This document shows positions 13,452 through 26,430 of a stretch of 64,000 nt of DNA, one piece after another. The first letter of the stretch is position 1. Each line of letters starts with the position of its first letter. The notes under the pieces are model-generated. The model did not search any database. It saw nothing but the letters and a program-made list of their open reading frames with translations, and was not told the origin of the DNA. This stretch comes from Octopus vulgaris (taxonomy: Eukaryota). The DNA is taken from assembly GCA_951406725.2 (NCBI GenBank), contig OX597816.1:24924001-24988000 (forward strand), in the 5' to 3' direction. A program made the translations under genes and the position numbers.

Positions 13452-13855
13452 AGGCGTAGGAGTGGCTGTGTGGTAAGTAGCTTCCTTACCAACCATATGG
13501 TTCTGGGTTCAGTCCCACTGCATGACACCTTGGGCAAGTGTCTTTTACTATAGCTGCGGGCTAATCAAAGCCTTGTGAGTGGATTTGGTCGACGGAAACT
13601 GAAAGAAGCCCGTCGTTTATATGAATATATATGTATGTGTGTGTATACGTTTGTGTGTCTGTGTTTGTCCTCCTAACATCGCTTGACACCCGATGCTGGT
13701 GTGTTATGTCCCCGTAACTTAGCGGTTCGGCAAAAGAGACCGTTAGAATAATTACTAGGTTTACAAAGAATAAGTCCTGGGGTCGATTTGATCGACTAAA
13801 GGCCATGCTCCAGCATGGCCACAGTCAAATGGCTGAAACAAGTAAAAGAGTAAAG
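13452..13855 (+). mobile_element. tRNA-derived SINE family 2 (CORE-like, internal AT/GT microsatellite)
   Basis: ggcgtaggagtggctgtgtggtaag head, gggttcagtccc B-box, accttgggcaagtg core, (agtaaaag)n tail. Other copies near 3092-3258, 16702-17170, 25394-25731, 33440-33595, 36680-37080, 47263-48102, 57065-57685 and 62520-62925. Confidence 0.8.
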
Positions 13856-14161
13856 GGTATATCTTCTTAGTATATAATGGTGGCAAGTTTTACATCACCT
13901 GAACTTTTGCATTCTGGGTGGGTATCGGAGCGTTTGAGTGACATTAGACCCCAATAAACACTCATAAATTAAATGCATCTATTTGGGCCATGATCGTGGC
14001 CTGTCGACCTGTGCCTGACGGCCACGTTCGTGGCCCGTCGCGCTTTATGTGTTAAAGCATTCGATATTCTGTTGTTCTATTTTCGGTCTTCTGATGTTCG
14101 GCCTTGTGTCTTTCCGTCTTATGACCAAAATCTGCAATATATATATGTGTGTGTGTGTATA

Positions 14162-14192
<31 letters not shown>

Positions 14193-15055
14193 ATATATGT
14201 GTGCGTGCGTGTATATGTGTGTGTATACGCTCGCGCGTGTTTGTGTGTGTGTACATACATCTATATTTCTTCAAAATATATATGCTGACGACTAAACCCA
14301 GATCTTTTAAGACTAAACCTGGATCTTTTCGAATTGATTTCATATTCGGTGTAATGTTATGGTTTTATATTTTAATCACTGCTTTGAAATTCATTTTCCG
14401 TATTTGAAACAATAAGCTTTGTAGCTCCAACATACTTGGTTTTAACTTTTTGCGCCCTTATCAAGCCTAGCTAGGCTCATGGGCCCGGTTTCCCCAGTTT
14501 CTATGGTGTATGTGTTCCCCAGCTGGACGGGACGCCAGTCCATCGCAGCGTTGCTCATTTTTGCCAGCTGAGTGGACTGGAGCAACGTGAAATGAAGTGT
14601 TTTGCTCAAGAGCACAACGCGTCGCCCGGTCCAGGAATCGAAACCACAATCTTACGATCATGATGCTGACACCCTAACCACTAAGCCACGCGCCTCCACG
14701 TTTTAACTTCTGGGTGATGTATAAATTGCTCTTGATAATTTCCTTGTACTTCTAGCACTCGATACGGTTCGAGAACCGATTCACATGACGCAACCATATT
14801 TTTGTTTATTTATTTGTTTGAATCTTTGCTTCTCCAGAGCATTTTCATAAATTTGTCCTAAGCATCCATACTTGTTTTCAGGCTTTCAGTTAGCCCCTGT
14901 CTCGAACGGTTTGAGTTATATAAGGTTTTCCTTTCATAAGTTTTAAGTTACTCTGGTAGTTAAAGTAAATTGGGTAGTGTATCGTCTATTTGCCATATTA
15001 TGAACGCCTTACTTCCCTGGGCATGGATACATTGAAACTCCGACGTCTGGCAGCT

Positions 15056-15305
15056 GACTTAAGTTAAGTTAAGTTAAGTTAAGTTAATTTTTTGGCTCAA
15101 AAATCAAAAAGCAAGGCCATGTAGGGGGACATGGAGTTATGTACAGGGTGGTGTTCCTGCAAAGAGTTCAGGCCATTTCTGGTCAAGAGAGACTTTGAAC
15201 CGAGCGGTCGTCGGCATCTTCACTATCTCGTCCGGCAGCTTATTCCACGGATCCGCAACCCGGACGGAGAAAGCCTCTCTCCTTCGATTGAGATGAAATC
15301 GTCGC
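15056..15305 (-). mobile_element. CR1-clade LINE 3' end with (CTTAA)n tail
   Basis: Minus strand reads RFHLNRRREAFSVRVADPWNKLPDEIVKMPTTARFK; same family as 26190-26430. Confidence 0.82.
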
Positions 15306-15309
15306 AGAT

Positions 15310-15735
15310 AGAGCTTTTCGGAGTGACTTGGCAGGCACCCATAAAATTATTAACCATCTTACTAACAATAACTCTGAGCACCTTTTCAAACTCCACCTGT
15401 CTAACACCCGTGGACATGTTTACATAGTCAGAAAACAGCACAGCTCCCATGAGTTTCGGAAACATTTTTTTCACGCTAAGAGTTGCTGAAGTATGGAACA
15501 AACTGCCGGCATCAGTTGTTAGTTGTCGGAGCACTGCATCATTCAAAACTTCCATGCTTCCTGAGATTCGCCAACACTACACCTGATTTTCTCCCCTCCA
15601 TAAACACGCAAGCATGTATCTGACTCATACACTGTTCACTTCTCAGACATTTGTACATTACTGCATATGCTATATACGCACTTTTGACAAGTTGTGGTGC
15701 ACCTGAGCACTGTATACAATAATTTCATTATTATT
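15310..15735 (+). mobile_element. CR1-clade LINE 3' end (second family)
   Basis: RKHF..LRVAEVWNKLPASVVSCRSTASFK, then a 3' UTR and short (ATT)n tail. Confidence 0.8.
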
Positions 15736-15936
15736 ATTTATTACACATTTTTGAAAAACGTACTTGGCAGGGAGCGGTTGTTCCCCTTGCTTTTCTGTTA
15801 GCAACGTCACGGATATAAATCCGGTGTAACACACATGATATACATAGGTTAAGGCAATGCTCTGCAACCTTTATTCACTTGCAGTACGCTTATATTCTTT
15901 TCAAAATTTGGCGGCACACCTGAGCTAAAATAAAAA

Positions 15937-16459
15937 CCGTAAATCCTCGAGTATAGTCCGCCCTTGCATATATATAATACGCAGGGGATTTTTGGGGGCT
16001 GTACTTCTGAAAAACCTAAACCTTGTGTATAATACGCACCCCTTCTCTAACTTGAGTCAAGGAGGTCTATATAACGTCATTGGTTTGTAAAAATGCATAC
16101 GGTAACGTCCTTTATTATTATTGTATATATAACATAATGCAAACGTGTAGCTTTTTTGTGCATTTTGTTTGCAGAAAATAAATTAATAACAGTAATAACA
16201 GTAATAACGTTTAATAAATGTTGTTTATTGCAAGTTATGGGTGATTCTTTTATGACTTCATTGCTTTCAGGCTCAGCTTAAGGTATTTTCGCGTCCGACA
16301 TCACAAAATGCATCTGAATAAACATTGCCAGACAGCAAATAGAGACTTGGACATTGCTTGAAAATAATTTTAATTTTTAACCTCGTGTATAATACGCACA
16401 AAGGATTTTGATCTTTAAATTTTGAGAAAAAAATGCGGATTATCCTCGAGGATTTACGG
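15937..16459. mobile_element. Tc2/pogo-like MITE
   Basis: TIRs ccgtaaatcctcgagtatagtccgc / gcggattatcctcgaggatttacgg; no ORF. Confidence 0.72.
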
Positions 16460-16943
16460 AACATAACTAAAAGTATAGGGAAAAAAATTATATCCAGATT
16501 ACACTGCGGCACACCTCTAGCATCGTCTCGTGGCACACCAATGAGCCGCATTGTACCAGTTGCATAGCAATGGCTTAAGGTACAAAGTAAACCTGCGTAG
16601 TAGACACACTAAATTGATTGACACACTCTCATTGAGGGTTCCAGAAGAGGAGCCTAAGTCATTTAATCAACTCCCTGATGACCAAATAACTATTCTGTTT
16701 ATACTCTCTTACTTGTTTCAGTCATTTGACTGTGGCCATGATGGAGCACCGCCTTTAGTCGGGCAAATCGACCCCAGGACTTATTCTTTGTAAGCCCAGT
16801 ACTTATTCTATCGGTCTCTTTTGCCGAACTGCTAAGTGACGGGGACATAAACACACCAGCAACATCGCTGGTAAACATACCCAACATCGCTTGACGGTTC
16901 TCAAGCGATGTTAGGGAGACAAACACAGACACACAAACATATA

Positions 16944-17055
<112 letters not shown>

Positions 17056-17805
17056 CGACGAGCTTCTTTCAGTTTCCGTCTACCAAATCCGCTCGCAAGG
17101 CTATAGTAGTAGACACTTGCCCAAGGTTCCACGCAGTGGGACTGAACCCGGAACTATGTGGTTGGTAAGCATATACACAATAAATCTAGTATCTTTTGAT
17201 AACTGGTGTTACTAATCTGCATATCCCATCTTCTTAACACTTTAATAGTGGCTGTCTGTCAACGGAGACCCCAACTAAGCGATAGGGAAAAAACATCATA
17301 TCGGTAAATATGAAAGAATTAACAATAGACTATACAGTGTCTGTTTTCATAAAGATATCAAATGATACAGTAGAAAAGTCTCTTCCGAGAGCAGCTTATA
17401 AATTGTCATCCATAAAGGATGCTTAACACAAAGTAATGAAAAGACTAACACAACGAACAAGTGACTGTGTTAGCAGACGGAGCTGTAGAACAATGCACAA
17501 ACAAACTTACTGTTAGAGAAACAACAGTCAACTTTCAGAATAATAATTCATTATAATATTCACCTCACTTATAATCTGCTTGGTGCACCTTAGCAATAGA
17601 ATGGATGATTATCTAATCAATTAACTCGTAAAACAAAGCGCGATTTATATTATTGCCAACGACAAACAAACAGTATGTATATTATTACTAAATTACCACA
17701 TTTGAAAATTGAAATCTCCTTATTAAAATGAAACTATAAATCGTGTGAGTTACATTAAATATTTTTAAATGAACAATGAGATGAATATTACGCTACAATG
17801 TAAAA

Positions 17806-18070
17806 TATTGGGTTGGTGCATAAATTATTGCGGCTTTTTTTCGACAAATTTTATTCAACAAAAGCAATAACAATATCTAACAAAGACATCTTTAAATGGC
17901 GGTCTGATCGTCTGCCATACAAATGGGAAGCCGTAATTGAAGCAGATGGTGAATATGCTCCGGAATAATCATTTAAAGATGTTTTTGTTACATGTTTTTA
18001 TTGTTTTTGTTGAATAAAATTCGTTGAAAAAAAAAAAAAAAAGCCGCAATAATTATGCACCAGCCCAATA
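17806..18070 (+). mobile_element. mariner-derived MITE
   Basis: TIRs tattgggttggtgcataaattattgcggctttttt / aaaaaagccgcaataattatgcaccagcccaata with TA ends; internal transposase tail KWEAVIEADGEYAPE*. Confidence 0.88.
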
Positions 18071-18617
18071 TAAATGTCGTAGACGGCTTGACTGAACCTG
18101 GTACATATATGTCACGCAAGTATAGCAATTTCTTGCTGGTAAACTCTGCATTTACAACCAAAGAACCATTTCAGTATACTGCAAAGCAGAAATCGGAACA
18201 AAACTTGATAGAAAAATATCAATCGATAACATAACAATTTTATATTGAAATCAAATAAGTTTTCCTTTCTTTTTATAAGTCCAAAGAAACTCTGGTGGTT
18301 GAAAGAAATTGGAAATGTGTATCATGTATGACGCATGGACGTCAGGAAAATGTGTCCTGAGAATCACATGATACACAGGACATATTATTTGATAGGAAAA
18401 CATTAGCTGGCAACGTAGCAATCATGTAGGGAATTCCAAACAGAAGTGCGGGGACGGAATTTGCTTACGAGGTGCAAACTGGGTCCAAATTTTTTTACAA
18501 ACAAGTTCCATTTTTTCAATCTTAACATCAAAAGAAACACAGTTATAATTATGATAATAATTATTATTATCATTAATAAATCTCTGAGCGAGATATAAAC
18601 AGTAGCTGCAACACATC

Positions 18618-18858
18618 ATGAAGTATATTTGCCACTTAAATGTGGGTAAGCCCTAGGGGTAGATGCTACTGTAGCTTGTAGCCCCAGGAGGACACCTCCT
18701 CCAGCTGGCTATCGACACACTTTCTGTGCCCAATCAGTATTGTGATAGGGCACAGAAAGTGTATCAATAGCCAGCTGGAGGTGTCCTCCTGGGGCTACAA
18801 GCTACAGTAGTATCTACCCCTAGGGGTTACCCACATTTAAGTGGCAAATATACTTCAT
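18618..18858. repeat. about 240-bp near-perfect palindrome (fold-back of a dispersed repeat end)
   Basis: atgaagtatatttgccacttaaatg...catttaagtggcaaatatacttcat; a single-arm copy lies at about 12757-12870. Confidence 0.9.
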
Positions 18859-19178
18859 ATATATATAGTAATATATATAGTAATGAAAAATTTGCTTTCC
18901 AATCACTCCAAGAATGTTTCTGCGCTCGTTCGTATTGGAGATAAAGCGTTTCAGGAGGATGTTTAAAGTGTTTTCATTGTCCCACCAAAAACGTTAGGAG
19001 GTGCGCTTGCAACTCTTTCACCCCCTATTCCCGAGTTTATGATTCCAAATAAAATATGTATAGATATAGGAGGCTCTAAAATCTAGAGCCATTGACAGAG
19101 AACTCGAGTTATATATTTAAATGCCTGAAATAAATTATCAAAATGGTTGCCTTCTACATATATATTTTACACCGTTGA

Positions 19179-19720
19179 AGGCGGCGAGCTGGCACGCCAG
19201 GCGAAATGCTTAGCGGTATTTCGTCTGCCGTTACGTTCAGAGTTCAAATTCCGCCGAGGTCGACTTGGTCTTTCATCCTTTCGGGGTCGATAAATTAAGT
19301 ACTAGTTACGCACTGGGGTCGATATAATCGACTTAATCCGTTGTGGGTAGTAAAGAAATAGAAATAGGTATTTCGTCTGCCGCTACGTTTTAAGTTCAAA
19401 TTCCGTCGAGGTCGACTTTGCCTTTCATCCTTTGCGGGGTCGATAAATTAAGTACCAGTTACGCACTGGGGTCGATGTAATCGATATAATCCGTTTGTCT
19501 GTCCTTGTTTGTCCCCTCTATGTTTAGTCCCTTGTGGGTAATAAAGAAATAGGTATTTTGTCTGTCTACTTTCTGAGTTCCAATGTTGCCGGTGTCGGCT
19601 TTGCCTTTCATCCTTTCCAAATCGATAAAATAATTACCAGTTGAGTACTGGAGTCGATGAAAGCACTAGACACCTCCCCCTAAAATTCAGGCTTTGTGCC
19701 TATAGTAGGAAGAATATTTT
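19179..19720 (+). mobile_element. SINE family 1 tandem trimer
   Basis: Three cores joined at aaagaaata|ggtattt. Confidence 0.8.
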
Positions 19721-21203
19721 ACGCCGTTGAATACATAAGCTTTGAATCCTTCTTAGACCATCTCTTTCATGTTACACTTGTGGATATTATTACCTTTTGT
19801 TCTATATAAGCTATTGACTTCATATGACACATCATGAAAAAAAGTCAAGTGTCAGATATGAAGACCCAGTTGAATATTCAACTGGTCCTCGTAAGTGATT
19901 GTAACATGTGTATGTTCTTCCTTATTATCTAAGTAAGATTTTGGGCCTATTTAATCCTTCACGAAGTATTCCTGCTGAAGCCATAATTCTTGGATTAGAG
20001 TATTAAATATAAGGTCAATTTGCTACGGACCCAAACTTTTAGGCCACCAACCGGTGCAAGCTATCGCTTCTATCATAGATGTATAATACTTCATATTCTT
20101 TAGATAATGTCTGCTGATTTTAACCCTATTTCACTTTTTCAGTTGAGAAGAGTTGCAACCTGCGAGATAAACTCCGAAGTCTATTTCCATCAACCCAAAA
20201 CATATAAGCTGAAAGCTACAAAAATCAACTAGGAATCGAACGCAATACACTTATTGCACGTCATCAACGACTTTATGGTGGCCTTGCTTGGTTGCATATT
20301 TCGCCCTCGTCCCATAAACGCTTAAGACCAAGCAGTATTCTCACTGCTGGTGTTTGGCAGTAAAGCCTTCGTGACTAAGAGTTTCTTATAGTTTATCTAG
20401 TTAACCCTTTGGCATCCTAATTTAAAAAAACGTTAAACGTCGCCCTTTTCAAGCCTAGACAGGCTCATGGGCCCAGTTTCCCGGTTTCTGTGGCGTATGT
20501 GTTCTCCCCAGCCGGACGGGACGCCAGTCCATCGCAGCGTTATTCAAGAATCAGGAAGAGAGAGCGAGAGGAAGTTGTGGCGAAAGAGTACAACAGGGGT
20601 TGCCACTACCCCCTGCCGGAGCCTCGTGGAGCTTTTAGGTGTTTTCGCTCAGTAAACACACATAACGCCCGGTCTGGGATACGAAACCGCGATCCTCCGA
20701 CCACGAGTCCGCTACTCTAACCACTGGGCCATTGCGCCTCCTTGGCATCCTATTGGTATCGTTAATTCATTCCTTAAATTTAGCGATAGCATTTTAATTT
20801 TCATCTTAAATCCACCCACTATTTATTACCTATAACCGCCTATATCACTTACTATTCATCGAACTCAGTGTGCGCATTCAGGATCATGACTAACCAGATA
20901 CCTGCCTGTTTACAATTTCTGTATTAGCTCAGATCATACACAATCTCTGTGGCCATCAATTCGAAATTATGGACATTCTGCTAAATCTCTAACCATTTAT
21001 CAAACAAAATTTCTTCTTAAATACGATCTGGATGTAATTTATTCCAGTTCGGATTATTGCATCCGTGACATCCACTCGATATCTATCTGATAATTAAGAC
21101 ATCCATCCCTTGAAGATTCAAGAGCCCCGCTTTTTCTCTTAATTCACTCCTTTCAAACAATCCCAGAAGGGGACTAACTTGTCGTTCTAGTGTCCCACTA
21201 ACA

Positions 21204-21396
21204 CAGGGGTGGGCAAACTACGGCCCGCGGGCCGCATGCGGCCCGCCATAGCTTTTATGAATCCCAACTTCTATGCAGATACTTCGTAACTGTACGGTAA
21301 TTCACAATATTTTCACTTGATTTTTATAAATGAGGCCCGCCAAGGTTCCAAAGACGCACTGTGCGGCCCGCGATCAAAAAAGTTTGCCCACCCCTG
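21204..21396. mobile_element. hAT (Charlie/Buster-type) MITE
   Basis: TIRs CAGGGGTGGGCAAACT / AGTTTGCCCACCCCTG; perfect 8-bp TSD cactaaca (21196-21203 and 21397-21404) with central TA. Confidence 0.93.
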
Positions 21397-21548
21397 CACT
21401 AACACTTCTGAGCAAGATATCCACTGTAAGGTTTTGATGTGCTAAAGGTGGTAGGGTGGTAGAATCGGGAGATGCACTGCTGCCCGGTATTTCTTTGGGC
21501 TCATTGCGTTCCGAGTTCGAATTTCACCAAGCTTTACTTCGCTTTTTA

Positions 21549-21950
21549 GGCGGCGAGCTGGCAGAACCGTTAGCACGCCGGGCAAAATGCGTAGCCGTAT
21601 TTCGTCTGCCGTTACGTTCTGAGTTCAAATTCCGCCGAGGTCGACTTTGCCTTTCATCCTTTCGGGGTCGATTAAATAAGTACCAGCTCCGCACTGGGTC
21701 GATGTAATCGACTTAATCCGTTTGACTGACCTTGTTTGTCCCCTCTATGTTTAGCCCCTTGTAGGTAGTAAAGAAATAGGTATTTCGTCTGTCTTTATGT
21801 TCTGAGTTCAAATTCCGCCGAGGTCGACTTTGTCTTTCAGCTTTTCGGGGTCGATAAATTAAGTACCAGTTACGCACTGGGGTCGATATAATCGACTGAA
21901 TCCGTTTGTCTGTCCCCTCTATGTTTAGCCCCTTTTGGGTAATAAAGAAA
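21549..21950 (+). mobile_element. SINE family 1 tandem dimer
   Basis: Two cores with the same junction. Confidence 0.8.
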
Positions 21951-22644
21951 CAGATATCCACTGTAATGTTTTAAACTCCTGAAGATTGGCTGTCCGACTC
22001 TATTGGAGTACAAATGACAAACTGCTTTATGGCATAACACTGACTGTTATTCACGCCCTAGACCATCGTTTTGCCGTTCAAGTGTAGAAAGGCCGTGCTG
22101 AACACGATCATTAATCTTCCTCCTCACCCATCCACAATAATGCAGTTGCTCCACTCAGCTAGTCGAATAAATGAGATGCAAAACTTGTAGCCAGTTAGAA
22201 GAGCGCATACGCATGCGTACTGGAAACTATACATGTTGACGAGCCGGCAGAATTGTTAGCGGCCTTTCTTTCTGTAGACGTCAGCTTTGCTTTTCATCCT
22301 TCGTGGTCGATTAAATAACTACCTGTTGAGCGCTTCGATCGATGTAGTCCACAATCCCTTTCCGTAGAAAAAATAATAATAATGATAATAAAACTACTAC
22401 TATGGCGGCGAGCTGGCAGAAACGTTAGCACGCTGGGCGAAATGTGTAGCCGTATTATATGTAAATTTAATTGTGTTCACTTCCGGTCTCTCTCTGTGAA
22501 AGTTTCAAGTTCGAATCACACGCGTCTCGAGATGTGCTGAAGATTTTCTATTTTGGATATAATTGGGGTACTTAGGTCTGCTCAGGACTTAGTGCTTGCT
22601 TTTTCCATGAGTATGAGTAAGTATTTCATTTATGTCTTACGTAT

Positions 22645-22702
22645 TTATCGCTGAGGAGGAGAAAATTCTTATGAATTAACTCTGAAATTGGGACCAATAC
22701 GG
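22645..22702 (+). ncRNA. hammerhead motif split by a MITE insertion
   Basis: ttatcg CTGAGGA ggag...ctct GAAA ttg-ggac-caa TA cgg|[MITE]|taa; removing the MITE and one TSD restores stem I (ttatcg/cggtaa). Confidence 0.62.
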
Positions 22703-23415
22703 GGATCTTTTCCTTTTGAACGGCACATGTCAACACAATTTATAGATAACTAAACACTTTAAAACTTCGTATACTGGTAGAATGTGTCAAAATAAAACAT
22801 TTTTTTCTCTTGGCTTTCTTGATAACATTGTAATTCGTTTGTTTAACGTAGTTTAATTTTTCGAATTTTAACGAATGAATCGCCTCTAATTGAGCTAAAA
22901 TCATTTGCTGCGTCTAAAACTGAGACAACATCCTGTCACTAACCCTAGACCTTACCCTAACCTTAAATTTTTTTTTCTTAATTGTTAAATTAATTTAATT
23001 GTTACGCGTGTAACACACGCTTTCCGTATACGTACGGAAAGCGTGTGTATAAAATTATAGAATTATTTTGTTAATTGTTTAAATTATTTTCCATTACTTT
23101 CGTTTTAGCCTTCCGTTTTTTTTTTACACGCGTAACAATTAAATTAATTTAACAATTAATAAAAAAAATTTAGGATTAGTGACAGGATGTTGTCTCAGTT
23201 TTAGACGCAGCAAATGATTTTAGCTCAATTAGAGGCGATTCATTGGTTAAAATTCGAAAAATTAAACTACGTTAAACAAATGAATTACAATTTTATCAAG
23301 AAAGCCAAGAGAAAAAAATGTTTTATTTTGACATATTCTACCAGTATACGAAGTTTTAAAGTGTTTAGTTAACTAGAAATTGTGTTGACATGTGCCGTTC
23401 AAAAGGAAAAGATCC
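22703..23415. mobile_element. Merlin-type MITE, almost fully palindromic
   Basis: GGATCTTTTCC...GGAAAAGATCC with inverted arms of about 300 bp; 8-bp TSD caatacgg/caatatgg. Confidence 0.85.
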
Positions 23416-23544
23416 CAATATGGTAATAACGGAAGTTTTTAGAAATTTCTATCGGCTTGTTTCGAGACACATAAATTATAATGGTTATTGACAATTTTGT
23501 CTATTTTCGGCATTAGAATTTTTCTTTTGCTCTTATTTTAAAAG

Positions 23545-23605
<61 letters not shown>

Positions 23606-24349
23606 TATAGTATTTATTAGATCTCTGTAACAGAATGCAATGATGTTCCCTGATGAGCCATTGTGATCAGGCATCCATATGCACTTGCGCATCCAAAGCT
23701 GAGTTCCAAATAACTGGGTAAATGCATACGATTCTTATGTAATTTACCACATGTAACCATTTATGCTTAATGTGACTCAAAGTGGAATTTTACTAAAACA
23801 ACTGTAGCAAATATTGAACACATGCTATAAGTGATATCTTTGTCTTCATCAAAACACTGGTAATTTGAATGGAGAATTTTATATTTATTAAATAAATAAA
23901 TAAAATATAAAATATACATAGATAATGCTGTAATAAAAAAATACAAATATAAATAAATGCAAAAATTTCCCACCCAATAAACTATTATATATTAATTATT
24001 TGTACTTTAGCAATTTTTTATGTGTTGTGTCACACAATCTATACATACTTAACTATATAAATATATTAAATACATGATTCCAGTATATATTTGAAAAGCA
24101 AAAACTGTTTACATTACTAATAAAAAACATGCAAAGTGTATCATGCTTGTGAGTGTGTGTGTATGTGTGTGTATACATATAAAAAATTTTTGTTTAGCCC
24201 CACCCGCCAAAAAAAAATCCTCAAAATTGCTTTGCAAAATAATGAAGAAATTATAACTTTTTTTATTCAGGAATTTCTTAGTAACAGCAAACCTTTCAAG
24301 AATGGAACCGCTTTGCAGCATAACTTGGGAGATTATTGTCTGTCACTCT

Positions 24350-24840
24350 TATGTGCCGGTGGCATGTAAAAAAACACCAATCGTGATCGTTACCTGCATT
24401 GCCTTACTGGCACTTGGTACTGGTGGCACGTGAAAAAACATTCGAGCGATGTCATTGCCAGTGGTGCAGGTGGCACATAAAAAACACCATTTGAGCATGG
24501 CCATTACCAGTACCGTCCGACTGGCCCCCATGCCAGTAGCACGTAAAAGCACCCACTACAATCATGAACGTTACCAACATCGCCTTACTGGCACTTGTGC
24601 CAGTGACAGGTGTAAAAAGATTCGAGTGAGGTCATTGCCAGTACCGCCTGACTGGCCCCGTACCAGTGGCACATAAAAGCACCCACTACACTCTTGGAGT
24701 GGTTGGTGTTAGGAAAGGCATCCAGCTGTAGAAACTCTGCCAGATCAGATTGGAGTCTGGTGCAGCCATCTGGTTTACCAGACCTGTCAAATCGTCCAAC
24801 CCATGCTAGCATGGAAAGCAGACATTAAACGATGATGATG
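24350..24840 (+). mobile_element. SINE family 4 with internal tandem repeats and (GAT)n tail
   Basis: Tail aatcgtccaacccatgctagcatggaaagc..ttaaacgatgatgatg; copies near 32955-33225(-), 35901-36240(-) and 41460-41890(+). Confidence 0.72.
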
Positions 24841-26189
24841 GTGTACACACATCATATATGCACAGCAACACTTGCTGGTTTGGTCGTTGTAGGTATAAAA
24901 GAAAAACTGCATGCAACATTATAATTAATGGTCAATATCTGTTTGTAAAAGGACCCGGCATTATATAGATGATTGTGTCACATTGATATTTAGTGCTTGG
25001 TATAGCCATTTTGGCACCAGCATTTAAATGTTAATTTATTTAACATAAGATGTTTTACTCCTTTAGCATTCAGATAGATATTCTACCTGTTTTAGCGTTC
25101 ATGCTGACCAGATCAGACCTCTCGCAACTACCCTGCAATGTCATATTAAACTTAAACAAATACATCATTGAATCAAAATCTCAAAGCTAAAAGATAATTG
25201 AAAAACAATGTAAATAAATGTTATATTTGACAGTTAAGGGTTTTTACAATCTCTCCCTGATCTCACTTTTCTCTGTTTGTGTGAGAGCACATTTCTTTTT
25301 ATGGGAGTGAAAAGAGAGAAAAGTGGTTGTGTCAGTTGTGCTCAATAAATATAATGCTTCTCTCTGCTTCTATTTGTATACTCTTTACTCGTTTACTCTT
25401 TTACTTGTTTCAGTCATTTGACTGTGGCCATGCTGGAGCACCGCCTTTAGTCGAACAAATCGACCCCAGGACTTATTCTTTGTAAGCCTAGTACTTATTC
25501 TATCACTCTGTTTTGCCGAACCGCTAAGTTACAGGGACATAAACACACCAGCATCGGTTGTCTAGCGATGTTGGGTGGGAAAAAACACAGACGCACAAAC
25601 ACACACATATACGACAGGCTTCTTTCAGTTTCCCTCTCCCAAATCCACTCACAAGACTTTGGTTGGCCCAAGGCTATAGTAGAAATGCCACACAGTGGGA
25701 CTGAACCCGGAACCATATGGTTGGTAAGCAAGTATACATGTGCTTGTGTGCATCTGTATTCGTCTCCAAGGTCAAAAAAAAAATACTGTTGTCAAAACGA
25801 GCTGAATGTCCAGTCAGCTATACCAGATTGTCAACATTCAAACAGTTACACCAAGTCCTCTCATGCTCTAGTGCTCATGTCCTCATTTTCTTTCTACAGA
25901 TCTGGAGGAAAGAGTGACAGACAGACTGGACAGCACTCTAATACTCAGACTAAAATGTTTCTTCTAATATACATGAGCCTCTTCAATTTAGGAATATTAA
26001 GCTCTTTGAGTAGCAACAAAGAGTTTTTAGAAGCTGGTAGTTAGATCCATTTCAAGGTATTAATAGAGTTGATTACTATAAAAACACCTGTTTCATAGAA
26101 TAGTGTTTGTTTAGTAGAGGCATCAGTTCAGATTGGTCTGATAAGTAAGTGAACCAAGATATCATCACTTTATGCCTAAGATCTATTTA

Positions 26190-26430
26190 CGACGATTTCA
26201 TCTCAATCGAAGGAGAGGGGCTTTCTCCGTCCGGGTTGCGGATCCGTGGAATAAGCTGCCAGACGAGATAGTGAAGATGCCAACAACCGCTCGGTTCAAA
26301 GTCTCTCTTGACCAGAAATGGCCTGAACTCTTTGTATGACCATCCTCCCTGTACATAACTCCCTGTCCCCCTACATGGCCTTGCTTTTTTGCTTTTTGAG
26401 CCAATAAAAACTGAATTGAATTGAATTGCA
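26190..26430 (+). mobile_element. CR1-clade LINE 3' end with (ATTGA)n tail
   Basis: RRRGAFSVRVADPWNKLPDEIVKMPTTARFK; near-identical to the 15056-15305 copy. Confidence 0.82.

Noticed and set aside
19780-21170. Possible ancient LINE or other coding remnant
   Set aside because: No diagnostic motif could be read by eye; needs BLASTX.
23648-23680. cctgatgagcc...ggc hammerhead-like start
   Set aside because: No GAAA or stem III follows; at most a remnant.
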